DNA of 64,000 nucleotides from Malacoraja senta (GCA_038087875.1 CM075990.1:8248001-8312000); one strand, 5' to 3'; shown: positions 51,933 to 63,917, counted from the first letter of the stretch. Notes: generated from the letters alone by a model not told the origin. A program made the numbers and translations.

Positions 51933-52665
51933 TTCAACTTCACTGGTCTAAATATCGGCATCTGTTCGCAGAAGACGCAGCTTTCAGTCACCCCGTGCCC
52001 TCCTGAAATCACTCTGCTTAACGGGCATGGGCAACTGGACACTCAAGTTGTTTGCATCAACCTCACTGAGATCTGGGACCTTCAGTGCCCTCAAATATAG
52101 GCTGACGTATGTGCTTGGGCCGTGAAGTGCTGTTATACTGAGCTGATGTCTCTCTTCAAGGATGGCTACTAAGATCATAGCGGTGGGACCAGGTGCCAAC
52201 AGCAGGTGATGCCTTGGTGGAGGGGTAGTGGGATACAGAGAAGCACTTCAGAACAGGTACTGCCTCACAGCTCCAACAACTCAGTTCAGTCATGATCTGC
52301 AGTGCTGTAAGGCTGGAGTTCTCATGTTTGCAAGTGTCCTCCTCTCCATATATTTTAAAAGTTGTCATTGTATCCACAAAGTGCTTTGACATCCTTTTCT
52401 TTCCCTTATCCTCTCTCCTCTACTGCCTCCCTCTTTCCTTCACCCCCCTCCTGTCTTTCATTCTCCCTTGCAAAGGACAAGCTATGAAACTAAAGGTTAA
52501 AGGGACTGTGACTTGCCCCCTTGTCCTTCGGAAACCTATATGTTAAACTTACCTGATGAAGACCCTGCCCGTTCACCTTGGTGAAGCCTTTTTCCAGCCT
52601 CCTATCTCAATTAGTTCCCTGGTGGTGATCAAAACAGGGCTTCAACAATGCTTGTGTGGTAGAAC

Positions 52666-52790
52666 GCAAAGGAACTGCAGATGCTGGAATCTTGTGTAGA
52701 CCACCAAATGTTGGAGTAACTCAGCGGGTCAGGCAGCATCTCTGTGGGACATGGATACGTGACATTTCATGTTGGGACCCTTCTTCAGTC
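52666..52790 (-). mobile_element. Penelope-derived terminal fragment
   Basis: Family motif. Confidence 0.75.
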
Positions 52791-53161
52791 TTTGTGTGTG
52801 TGTTGTGATGATGATTTACATGGACTTGCCTGAAGTACCTAACTCCATGTTAAGAATGTTTTCGGGCCATGTCAATTCCCATGGTAGAGTTGTTCAGTAG
52901 ATCAAATAGTTCCCAACTCTACCTGAGGTCTAACTGAATGCGAGTAGCAATACATTGGGGAGATTTCAGCCAGAGTCAACCATGTAGTCAATGAGTCTGA
53001 CGCTACAGACCAGTGGGTGAGCTGGGAAGCCAGACCTCTGCATACCCATCTTTATACTTTGCTCCAAGGGGGTCAATATTGGTGATAATTGATGCAGAGC
53101 ATTCACCGTGGAGAGTGAACCTTTCTATGCAAACAAGCATGGAAAACATCTCCAAGGATCT

Positions 53162-53175
53162 GTAACCATGGCAAC
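53162..53175. promoter_or_regulatory. RFX X-box motif
   Basis: GTAACCATGGCAAC matches the GTNRCC-AT-RGYAAC consensus in non-repetitive DNA; function untested. Confidence 0.4.
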
Positions 53176-53411
53176 CACACCTCTGTAGTGGAGCCATGTT
53201 CACTCTGTGGTAAGTGAGAGCTACGCAGTAAGATGTGCACCCTGAAGACAAAGGGTGGATTTTTCTTATCTTCACTGTCTAGGTGATGGTCTGATGGAGT
53301 GGATTAACTACATGTTTAAAATGTTTAACAATATACAATGTAGACTTTGTCCAATATAGAACCCAGTCTAGTGATCCCCCTCACTAGCTCCTTGAAGAAC
53401 CAGCCAATTTT

Positions 53412-53641
53412 AGGTAGACAAAAATGCTGGAGAAACTCAGCGGGTGAGGCAGCATCTATGGAGCGAAGGAATAGGCGACGTTTCGGGTCGGGACCCTTCT
53501 TCAGACTGATGTTGGGTGGGGGAGGGTGGTGCGGAAAAAGCATGGAAGAGGCTGAGACAGTAAGCTGTGGGAGAGCTGCGAAGGGGAGGGGAAGGAGGCA
53601 GAAAGCAAGGACTACCTGAAATTGGAGAAGTCAGTGTTCAT
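53412..53641 (-). mobile_element. Penelope-like 3' fragment with intact hammerhead-like core (53477-53504)
   Basis: Minus strand MNTDFSNFR* followed by CTGAAGAAGGGTCCCGACCCGAAACGTC. Confidence 0.85.
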
Positions 53642-54014
53642 AGAAAAGCTGCAAGTTGTGAAGCCAGAGGGTGGGAGGAATGCAAATATGCTGACACGCT
53701 TTCTTGAACACCACATTGGCATGAAGAGGGCAGGTTAAGTTACTGATAATATGGATGATTAGCAACCTTAAGGTGCAGATTGTCTCTACATCAACTTGTT
53801 GATTAGAAGAGGGTTGTGTTACCGTTCTCCTCTTCCCCCTCCCAACCCTTTAGGTCAGCAATCAACTCTTTCATCTTCCAGATGTTCAGGCTAGGTTGTA
53901 ATTCTGCCACCATGACTCCGTGTCCCCGATCTCTCCCATAGTCCAACTCATGATTGTTCTTGATCCAGCTGAGAACAGTGGTGTCATCAGCAAGCTAAAG
54001 ACAGATAAATATTC

Positions 54015-54226
54015 GTTGGAAGGAACCGCAGATGCTGGTTTGCACCGAAGATAAACACAAAATGCTGGAGTAACTCAACGGGTCAGGCAGCACCTCTGGA
54101 GAAAAGGAATAGGTGACATTTCGGATGAGTCTGAACAAGGGTCTTTACCCAAAACTTCACCTATTCTTTTACTCCAGAGATGCTGCCTGACCCGCTGAGT
54201 TACTCCAGCAGTTTGTCTCTATCTTT
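54015..54226. mobile_element. Fold-back Penelope-derived insertion
   Basis: Inverted arms; GATAAATATT on both flanks. Confidence 0.85.
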
Positions 54227-54455
54227 GGATAAATATTTGAAAGATTGAGGAATGGGAACTGGCACTGTAGAGGAATTGAGGCCAGCATATTGCAGCCTAG
54301 AATAATGAGGTGGGCATGAGGGGCTTGGTGGCATGCCTACTCCTGCTCCTATTTTCTTGTGTTCTTGTCCTCTGTGAAGTTCACACAAAAATAAATCTAA
54401 ACCCACAATAATTTGTGATCCAAGGTGCAAATGTAACATTTCTATCTTTGAACAA

Positions 54456-54776
54456 TGCACGGTGGGGCAGCGGTAGAGTTGCTGCCTTACAGCGCTTGCA
54501 GTGTCGGAGACCCAGGTTCGATCCCGACTACGGGTGCTGTCTGTAGGGAGTTTGTACGTTCTCCCCGTGACCGCGTGGGTTTTCTCCAATGTCTTCGGTT
54601 TCCTCCCACACTCCAAAGACGTACAGGTTTGTAGGTTAATTGGCTTGGTGTATATGTGTAAATTGTGCCTAGTGTGTGCAGTATAGTGTTAATGCGCGGG
54701 GATCGCTGGTGCGTACAGAATCAGTGGGCCGAAGGGCCTGTTGCCGCGCTGTATTTCTAAACTAAACTAAACTAAA
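54456..54776 (+). mobile_element. HE1-like V-SINE, full length
   Basis: A and B boxes, V-domain, (CTAAA)n tail. Confidence 0.92.
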
Positions 54777-55344
54777 TGTGAGGTATTTGCACTGTGGAGG
54801 CTAACAAAACATACGTTTGAAAAAAAACAATAGTATCTGAGGTATAATTTTGCAGACTTATTATACTAATGAGCATCAAGACCTTTAAATCAGTGAGCTT
54901 AATGTCAACTGTTCCTCTGTGGTGTGAACAGAATTAATTATAGGGCAGTGCTAACATTCTTTATCAGTCTCTGCCACTCAAGATGATTAACTCATTCACT
55001 GATATCCATCCATTCCCTCCACTATGGACATTAAATGACCACTGTAAGGAGATGGACAGCACTCTATGAAAATAATATCCTTGCAGAGAATCCAGAGAAG
55101 TGGTGAGCCGTCCTGAGGAACATCTGCTGTGCTATCCTGAAGATGGGATGATCGACATCTAACAATCACTTCCATTTTGGTCTGTGTGGGATAGGTGAGA
55201 GGCGATAGGACACATCGTGTTCCCCTCCCTGATGACCTTTGTCCTCTTGGCTCTTTGATTCAATGGTCAGTCCATGAGGACACTCATTCACACCCCACCT
55301 TGCAAATGGAGCTCTTGGGTCCATAATTGAACCAAGGGTCCATA

Positions 55345-55530
55345 TTGTGGAATTCTTTGCCACGGAAAGCTGTGGAGGCAAAGGCAGTGGATATTTTTAA
55401 GGCACAGATAGATAGATTATTGTTTGGGTATCAGAGGTAATGTGGAGAAGGCAGGAGAATGGGATGAGAAGGTAGAGATAGATCAGCCATAATTGAATGA
55501 TGGAGTAGACTTGATGGGCCAAATAGCCTT
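55345..55530 (+). mobile_element. CR1/HER1-type LINE 3' end
   Basis: TGTGGAATTCTTTGCCAC...GATCAGCCATAATTGAATG. Confidence 0.85.
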
Positions 55531-56204
55531 ATATTTGGACCAAGGTATTGATGAGGTCTGAAGCCAAGGGCTGCTGATTAAATCCAGAGTATTTGTGGGC
55601 AGAGTATTGTTGAGCAACTGCTGTCTCCTTTTCGTGTCCATCTTGTTACAAATGTTGGCCGCGCTGTCATCGTCCGTCCTGAAAATGACGCAAGCTTCCG
55701 GGAAAGGACACAATCAGTGGAAGCCATCACTTGTCGCAATGGATAATGGTGGTAGCAGAATTAGCTCAGGATACTTCCAGTTTCCAGCCCCGCGACGTGG
55801 ATGCTTCTGCTATGGGGCCAGCAACTGCTGTTTGATGGTACTATGGATGTCATGGTCCACGTTGAGATACATTAAATATAAAACCTAGCTGCTGGTTTTG
55901 CATTGCTGGCTTTATTCAGTCACTTTGACAGCACCTACATGGGTTGAACCTGATCTTGAAAATTTGGCAAGAGTTGTGTCTCATCTGCACAATTTTCAAG
56001 GACCTCTCAGTTCAACAGTGAGTGAGGACATCACTTGTTGAAGTACAGTGCTGAAGCTGCTTTCAAAAAGATTCAGTAAAGAGATAGAAGTAAAGCACAC
56101 AGGTGGTCTGTCAAACTTACCACTGGTGTACTAATTTTATTTTGGTGACATTTATGTACTGATCTTGATTTTATGCGCAAGTTTGTAAATATACCACCAT
56201 TTTA

Positions 56205-57393
56205 TGTATCATCAGAAGTTTAGGAAAGTAGGAGATATGTATGAATTGGGCAAATTGTTATCATTTCAACAATTAAAATTAAAATTTAAACTGAATGATA
56301 ATCAATATTTTAAATATATACAGATATGTGACTTTATGAAGAAATATATACATAGATTTCAAACTATATTTTTAGACCCTTTAGAAGAAGCAAATATTAT
56401 TAAGGCTGATTCACAAAAACGAATATCATATTTTTATAATAGTATATTAAATAGAGAATTACCCTCAACAGAGGCACTAAGAGAAGATTGGGAACTTGAA
56501 CTAATGATAAATCCCGAAAGACAGATGGGAAAAGTATCTGATGAATACACATAATTGTTCCATTAATGCAAGACATAATTTAATTCAATTTAAATTATTA
56601 CATAGACTATATTATTCAAAAATGAGGTTGAATAAATTTTACCCAAATGTCTCTCCCAGATGCGATAAATGTTTGTTTCAAAATGCCAATATAACACATT
56701 CATTTGTAGGATGTACAAAGTTGAATAAATTTTGGAGCGATATATTTGATATATTTACAAAGCTCTTCAAGTCAAGAATAGAACCTAATACGGAATGGAT
56801 TATATTTGGAATAATAGTAGAAGATATCAATTTAAACAAAGACCAAAAAGTATTCTTTAATTATGGGTTAATAATTGGAAAGAAATTGATACTTAAATTT
56901 TGGAAAAATACAGCTATACCAATTATTAAAATGTGGATTAGGAATATGACGGACATAGCACACCTTGAAGAAATGAGACTCCGCCTAATAGATAAATATG
57001 ACCAATTCTTAAGGAGTTGGTCCCCTTTCATCGACTTTTTGGAATCATGTGATCACGCAGTACCGTAAAGATTACTGATTTCAGGTCAGGTCGTGGATAG
57101 ATTTACATCTCCAAACAAAGATTTGAAAATTTCTTTTTTAAGGGCCTTTTTCTACTATTTCTACTTTCTACTTTTTCTTTTCTTATATACACACTTCACG
57201 TTTTTCTATTTTCTACTATCTATTTTTCCTCTTTTTCTTCTCTTTATTTTTTTAAATGTTTTACTTCCTTTTCAAAAACATAAAACTAGAGGTTGTACAT
57301 AGAATGTATTACGTTATGACATAGTTGGCACCTAAAATTAGGTACCACTGTATTGTTTTGGATTGTATTAACTTCTAATAAAATAAACAAAAA
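56205..57393 (+). mobile_element. 5'-truncated fish-type L1 LINE, second subfamily
   Basis: ORFs 56204-56554 and 56541-57068 are joined by a frameshift: NARHNLIQFKLLHRLYYS...CDKC-x8-H-x4-C...KKLILKFWK. T-rich 3' UTR, AATAAA and A-rich end. Confidence 0.93.
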
Positions 57394-57597
57394 TTGTCAA
57401 CAGGGCATCAAACTGTTTGAACACTTAACAATGTGAGAGTTAGCATGAGAGATGGTCACGGTTACAAATAAACCGTTCTTGCCCTGGGATAAAGTAACGT
57501 CTGAGATTGATCATCATAGATAGATTGATGATGTGTGTCCCCTCCTGCCACCTTCGCTCCAAGGATTGCTAGAGGGTTAAATATGAAGGCAATCAAG

Positions 57598-58172
57598 AGA
57601 TGTGGAGTTTGTGCATGGTGTTGATGTGGAGTTAGTGTAAGTCTTGGTGTTGAGTTAGATCAAGAGATGTGCGGTTAGTGTAGGAGTTTGTGTTGATGGG
57701 GGATATGTGTTGCTGTTGATGTTGATGTGGGTTTAGTGCAGGAGTTGCCGTGAGGTTAGTGTAGGTGTTGGTATTGATGTGCGATTAGTGCAGGAGTTGG
57801 TATTGATAGCTTTTTTTACTTTAGTTTAGACATACAACGCGGAAATAGGCCGTAAGTCCGCTCCAACCAGCGATCCCCACACACTAACCCTACCCTATAC
57901 ACACACTGTGGACAATTTACACTTATACCCAAGCCAATTAAACTACTAACGTACATCTTTGGAGTGTGGGAGGAAACCGAAGCTCTCGGAGAAAACCCAC
58001 GCAATCACGGGGAGAACGTGCAAACTCTGTACAGACAGCACCCGTAGTCGGGATCGAACCCGAGTCTCCGGGGCACTGTAAGGCAGCAACTCTACCGCTG
58101 CGCCACCGTGCCGCCCGGTTAGTGTCGGAGTTGCTGTTGATGTGGATCACAGATGTGGGGTTAGTGCAGGAG
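57598..58172. repeat. Degenerate TG-rich minisatellite (unit like GTTGATGTGGGGTTAGTGTAGGAGTTGGT) split by a SINE
   Basis: Units at 57598-57808 resume at 58117-58172. Confidence 0.75.
57817..58116 (-). mobile_element. HE1-like V-SINE
   Basis: Reverse complement of the consensus. Confidence 0.9.
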
Positions 58173-58689
58173 TCCTCCTTTACTTGTGTTATATTTGTTC
58201 ATGTTCCTGTTCTTTCAATGTCCCAAGGTTAGCTTGTTCTTGTGGGTATTGCGTAACAATAGTACCCTTTCCTAGGCCTTCAAATGTGTTTCATCTTGGC
58301 AATGTATTAAATATTTAATGTTAATCTCGAAGCCAGTGGCTGCAGTCACGATGGAGGAGGGATAGAAGCAATCTCCCAGTGTGAAGTTCAGTCAGGCAGC
58401 TGATTTCCCTTTCATTCTGCTTTAAGTTGCAAGATGGAAAGTCATGGCCCAAGGATCTTGCTGTTAATTTGCTCCACCGTTCTTCCAACATGGAGTTAGC
58501 GCATGCGATCAACACCAGTGCCTCTTATCACTGAAGGACAGGCCACTGTGAGACACAGCTGGTAAAGTGTGACTGTGGTTGCGTTAGATGGACACTGAGT
58601 AGGCTGTCTCGCTGGGCAGGTAGAAATACACGTGTTGTCCCACTGTTCATAGCCTTAGCAAAATCGTTTACAGTTTAGAAGAAACATTA

Positions 58690-58911
58690 GGTAGACACAA
58701 AATACTGGAGTAACTCAGCGGGTGAGGCAGCATCTCTGGAGAGAAGGAATGGGCAGCATCTCTGGAGAGAAGCAATGGGCGACGTTTCCGGTCTCGACCC
58801 GAAACATCGCCCATTCCTTCTCTCCAAAGATGCTGTCTCACTCGCTGAATTACTCCAGCATTTTGTGTCTACCTTTGATTTAAACCAGCATCTGCAGTTC
58901 TTTCTTACACA
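58690..58911. mobile_element. Fold-back Penelope-derived insertion
   Basis: Inverted arms with an internal duplication; AGAAGA(A/T)ACATT on both flanks. Confidence 0.85.
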
Positions 58912-59065
58912 TGAGAAGATACATTGCTGATCGCAGGATCAGGTAGTGGAAGAAAACCGTCAAAATCTTCACAAATAGAGTCAATGCAGACAATTTTTAG
59001 CAGAGTATTTGGGTTTTCTGCTTTTTGTGCACATGTGTGTGTGTGTTTTTAGTTGATTAATTGGT

Positions 59066-59355
59066 TGAAAGATACAGCATGGAAAATGGAAACAGGCCCT
59101 TCGGCCCACTGAGTCCATGCCGATCACCAATCACCCGTCCACGCTAATTTTATGTTATCCCATTTTTGCATCCACGCTCAGGGAAATTTACAGAGGTGAA
59201 TTAACTTACAATCCCACACGTTCTCGGTATGTGGGAGGAAACCAGAGCACCCAGTCATAGGGGGAAGGTGCAAACTCTGTTCAGACAGCACCCGAGGTCA
59301 GGATCGAACCAGGCGCTGTGAGGCAGCAGCTCTACCAGCTGCACCACTGTGCCAC
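59066..59355 (-). mobile_element. Older HE1-like V-SINE
   Basis: Reverse-complement head, V-domain and tail. Confidence 0.82.
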
Positions 59356-59697
59356 ATCATAGGGATTTGAAAAGTGTTGGCCGAATGGTCCTGGAAAAAA
59401 AAAGAGAGCCCACTGTTTGTGTCAATGCTCGAGTAATGCCAGATATCCATCTGAACCAATGGTTAACCACCCCCCCCCCAATGGACAATTACTACCCCCC
59501 CCCCAAACACAACTGTCTCATCCAACACCAGAGGTCCCATCCCTTTGTCCTGCCTCCCTCACCCCCTCCCACTCTCCCCCCCCCCACTTCGCTGGTTCTG
59601 GCCTCTGACTTAATTGTATCCGATAGAGAGAAGGCAGCAGAATGGGGATGAGAGGGAAAGATAGATCAGCCATGATCGAATGGTAGAGTAGACTCAG

Positions 59698-59985
59698 GAC
59701 GGCACGGTGGCGCAGCGGTAGAGTTCAGCTCCAGAGACCCGGGTTCCATCCTGACTGCGGGTGCTTGTCTGTACAGAGTTTGTACGTTCTCCCCATGACC
59801 TGCGCGGGTTTTCTCCGGGTGCTTCGGTTTCCTCCCACACTCCAATGACGTACAGGTTTGTAAGCCAATTGGCTTGGCATGAATGTAAAATCGTCCCTAG
59901 TCTGTGTTACTGTGCGGGGATCGCTGGTCGGGGTGGACTCGGTGGGCCAAAGTGCATGTTTTCCTGCTGTACCTCCAAACTAAAC
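59698..59985 (+). mobile_element. HE1-like V-SINE nested in a CR1 3' tail (about 59625-60030)
   Basis: CR1 tail GAGTAGACTC resumes after the SINE as GATGGG...CCGAATGGCCTAATTCTGCTCC. Confidence 0.88.
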
Positions 59986-60850
59986 TCGATGGGGGCCGAA
60001 TGGCCTAATTCTGCTCCGATGGCTTACGAATGTGAACGGTCTGGGCAAAGCGGGTGAAGGACATGCCCTCAAGCCCCGTTCATGGTGACTCAGGAGCCCC
60101 CTGAGGGATCAGCAAGACCATGTCCCGGGTGGTCACCATCTCCCAAGGCCACCAGCAGACTGACCCGCCTCCCGCAGCCCTGGTTTGTCTCAAGTGTCGG
60201 AGCTAGTTGCTGCTGTATTTTACGGCGCGTATTTAGCGTGGGTTTCTGTGTCTGTTTATTACTCCGTCGGCCGTTGTTGGTATTCAGAGGCTGTGCCAGC
60301 CAGGGTGCAGCTGCCTAAATATTTATGGAACACCGCGGTGGACAGACTAGAAAGGGTGGTAAATGAAATCAGTGATTTACACAGCGCTCAGCATGCAGCC
60401 CACGCAGAGCTCAGCATTCAACTAGAAGACAGCCGAGCCTGGGCTGTACTCCTTCACCTTTGTGCACGGCTTGTGAAGGAAGCCTCCTTGTTATTTTAAC
60501 CCTTCTACTTCCCCCCCCCCCTTCTTCTCTGCCATCCCCAGCAGACACCACCTTACAGTCCGACTGTCTCCCTCGTGTTGTTGCCGAGCTCCTGTTGTCC
60601 CCGACGGAGCCGACTCCTGTGGCTGGGAGCATTGGCTTTGTCTTTCACCGCCTCTGGTTGTGTGCTTGAACTGCCTGTGTGTTATTCATGATGTTGGATA
60701 ATTAGCCAGAACCGCATTATCTGAACAAAATGTCAGCCCTCACAACCCCCCCCCCCCCTCACCCCCCACCTTCTCCCCTGCCTCAGTCTTTAGTTACTGA
60801 TGAGACCCACTGGTAGCATGAAATTTGTTGAGAATGTGCAAACGTGTGAT

Positions 60851-60864
60851 GTTGCCATGGTAAT
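60851..60864. promoter_or_regulatory. RFX X-box-like motif
   Basis: GTTGCCATGGTAAT in non-repetitive DNA; function untested. Confidence 0.35.
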
Positions 60865-61154
60865 GTGTCTTGCTGCAAGGATGCGTGTTTACACTCAGGT
60901 GGGAGACAGGCTGCAACATCAGCCCTGGTAATGGTTTTGTTTTGAATCTTAAATATATATCAGCTTCACCTTTTCTCCTGTGCAAACTGCTCCACGGAAT
61001 GCTGCTGAGAGAGTCGGGGCAGAATCTGTCTCATTGCAAACCAAGGAAAAATAAAGATATGCTCCGTGGTGAATGATTGAACTAATTGAAAGCTACAATA
61101 TTCCTTCGCCCCATCGCGTCCACGTCGACCATCGGTTACCTGTTCACGGAGGGC

Positions 61155-61400
61155 AGTCACGGTGGCGCAGCGGTAGAATTGCTGCCTTACAGCAAAAATG
61201 CAGCGCTGGAGACCCGGGTTCGATCCCGACTACGGGCGCTGTCTGTACAGAGTTTGTGCATTCGCCCCGTGACCTGCGAGGGTTTTTTTCCGAGATCTTC
61301 GGTTTCCTCCCACATTCCAAAGACGTACAGGTTTTGTAAGTTAATTGGTTTCATAAATGTAAAAATTCTCCAATATAAAATTGTCCAATTTCCAGTATAG
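61155..61400 (+). mobile_element. HE1-like V-SINE, 3'-truncated
   Basis: A and B boxes and V-domain. Confidence 0.88.
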
Positions 61401-61484
61401 TCCCCGGTGGACTCTTCGGAAGTGATGACCACAAGGTACGAGGTACATTAGTTCTATGTTATCCCACTTTTGCATCCTCCCCCT

Positions 61485-61700
61485 ACATACAGCATGGAAA
61501 CAGGGCCCTTCGGCCCAACTTGCCCACACCGATCAACATGTCCCATCTATACTAGTCCCACCTGTCTGTGTTGGGCCCATATCCCCCCAAATGTCTCTTA
61601 AATGTCACATATCTGCCCCAATCCTCTTAAATGTTGCAATAGTCCCTGCCTCAACTACCTTCTCTGGCAACTCGCTCCATACACCCACCACCCTTTGTGT
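61485..61700 (-). mobile_element. CR1-type LINE 3' end
   Basis: Reverse complement of the 21305-21648 type. Confidence 0.8.
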
Positions 61701-61931
61701 TCCCCTAAATACTAGGGGGGAATTTACAGGCCAATTAACCTACAAACACGCACATCTTTGGGATATTGATGAGAAAGTAGGGAGGATACAAAATAGGCTT
61801 AATGTGGGATTAAGGTAAATGGGCAGTTGATGATTAGCACGGACTCGGTGAGCGGAAGGGCCCATTACTGGGAACACCTCTCTAAGATCCTATGTCTTTA
61901 ATTCTTAAAGCAGCCCTATGCTCTATGTTTT

Positions 61932-62068
61932 GGTGTAGGAAGGAACTGCAGATGTTGGTTGACACTGAAAATGGGCACAAAATGCTGGAGTAAATCTGCC
62001 GGCCAGGCAGTATCTCTGGAGGAAAGAACTACTCGCTGAGTTGCTCCAGCATTTTGAGTCTATCTTTG
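61932..62068. mobile_element. Fold-back Penelope-derived insertion
   Basis: Family motif in both orientations; TATGTTTTGG on both flanks. Confidence 0.75.
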
Positions 62069-62379
62069 CATTATGTTTTGGGTTGGGATTTAATATTTTG
62101 ATACTCTTTTGGATTAGGAACGTCAATCTAAGTGGGGAAAGGACATGGGTCCGGCTCGATACATAACTGCCAAACTTAAAGTTGTAATGAGGAAGTTTTA
62201 TTATATCAAGAGTGATATAACGTATACAGAGATTGTGCATTCTGGTCTTAAACAAGGCAAACCAGCTGGAAGTAATGAAAGGCGCCATCTCTTGCGGTCA
62301 GGGTTCAGCTAGCGCTTGGTCAGACACATGTCTACCCTGTGATTCCTGGGATCCCAGAGGAAGAGGATTTCAGGGCTTG

Positions 62380-62563
62380 AGTCTGAAGAGGGGTCTCGAT
62401 CCGAAACGTTGCCTATTTCCTTCGCTCCATAAGTCTGAAGAAGGGTCTCGACCCAAAATGTTGCCTATTTCCTTCGCTCTATAGATGCTGCCTCAGCCGC
62501 TAAGTTTCTCCAGCATTTTTGTCTACCTTCGATTTTCCAGCATCTGCAGTTCCTTCTTAAACA
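62380..62563 (+). mobile_element. Penelope-derived fragment with two tandem hammerhead-like units
   Basis: 52-nt tandem repeat, each unit starting AGTCTGAAGA (cores at 62383 and 62435). Confidence 0.85.
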
Positions 62564-63171
62564 AATGAATGAAGGATATGCATTAAAGCCGTTCACAGCA
62601 GCTCCACTTTAACACAGGGATCTCATGGAAAAGATTCATAGTGCAAACTTATTCAAAGGAGAAGATATTCCCACATTGGTTTGCAAGCGCAGGAAACCTT
62701 TTCAATATTTCAACCCATCAACTTGTGTTTTTTTTTTCTCGTGTTGTCAGTGATAGCAGGCCATTAATAAATGATGATTTACATAGTCTGCAGCTGTGAA
62801 TGCTGATCCCCAAATCAACGGCAAAGCCAGAGGCGGACACAGTGTTAGGTTTGCAGGTGAAGTCTACTGCACTTGGTGAAATGTAACCCACTAATCATCA
62901 GTCCTAATCAATGGGTTTCATCTGCGTCAACTGAATAATCTATAATTATCTTTCACTAATCTGGTTTTCTTGATTCACGCTCCACATGCTCAGTAACCTA
63001 TGAACAATATTGACGTAAATTTTAAGCTGTTCCTTCAAGCTCCCGAGCAGTCGGCTTCTGAAAACCTACAGTTGCAAATTGACGATTTTTTTCAGCACCT
63101 TTCCTTCTTTCATTTTTTCCGTCTGCTCCATTCTGTCTGATTTCTTGTGGATCCTCCAGCCTAATATTGTC

Positions 63172-63602
63172 ACTGGCCTATATTCGTTGGAGTTTAGAAG
63201 AATGAGGGGGGACCCCATTGAAACGTATGGCGTAGTGAAAGGCTTGGACAGAGTGGATGTGGAGACGATGTTTCCACTCGTGGGAGAGTCTAGGACTAGA
63301 GGTCATAGCCTCAGAATTAAAGGACGTTCCTTTAGGAAGGAGATGAGGAGGAATTTATTTTGTCCGAGGGTGGTGAATCTGTGGAATTCTTTGCCACTGA
63401 AGGCTGTGGAGGCAAAGTCAGTGGATATATTTAAGGCAGAGATAGATAGATTCTTGATTAATATAGGTGTCAGAGGTTATGGGGAGAAGGCAGGAGAATG
63501 GGGTTAAGATAAGAGGGAGAGATAGATCAGCCATGATTGAATGGCGGAGTAGATTTGATGGGCCAAATGGCCTAATCCTACTCCTATTACTTATGACCTT
63601 AT
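63172..63602 (+). mobile_element. CR1/HER1-type LINE 3' end with open ORF2 C-terminus
   Basis: GLYSLEFRRMRGDPIETY...RVVNLWNSLPLKAVEAKSVDIFKAEIDRFL...GEWG* plus the 3' UTR. Confidence 0.93.
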
Positions 63603-63664
63603 ATATACACACATACAGATATACTGAGCTTATTTGTTATTAATTATGGTGTTTATGGTGTCTT

Positions 63665-63917
63665 GTTATGGTGTCTTGTAGCGGCTCGTACGAATAAAAA
63701 GTAAAAATAATTTTCATCACAGGTATTTTTTTTACTCGTGGACATTTTTTACATGGATGAAAAACGTCACGAGTTTACCGGATGTCCCGAGTACCTACCG
63801 TTAGCATTACGAGCCGCTACGAGACATCCACAAACTCCTACCGACCCGCTACGGACATTCTCCGAGTTCGAATCAGGGGAGAACTCGTGAATTACCTCGT
63901 ACAGTGGGACAGCGCCT
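63665..63917. mobile_element. Partial PIF/Harbinger-type MITE (right end only)
   Basis: Ends CTCGTGAATTACCTCGTACAGTGGGACAGCGCCT followed by TAA; shares internal TTTTTACTCGTGGACATTTTT with 46300-46546. Confidence 0.75.

Noticed and set aside
57598..57808. CRISPR-like or other regularly spaced array
   Set aside because: It is a degenerate TG-rich minisatellite without unique spacers, in eukaryotic context.
63898..63917. REST/RE1 half-site GGACAGCGCC
   Set aside because: It is part of a MITE terminus and the left half-site is absent.
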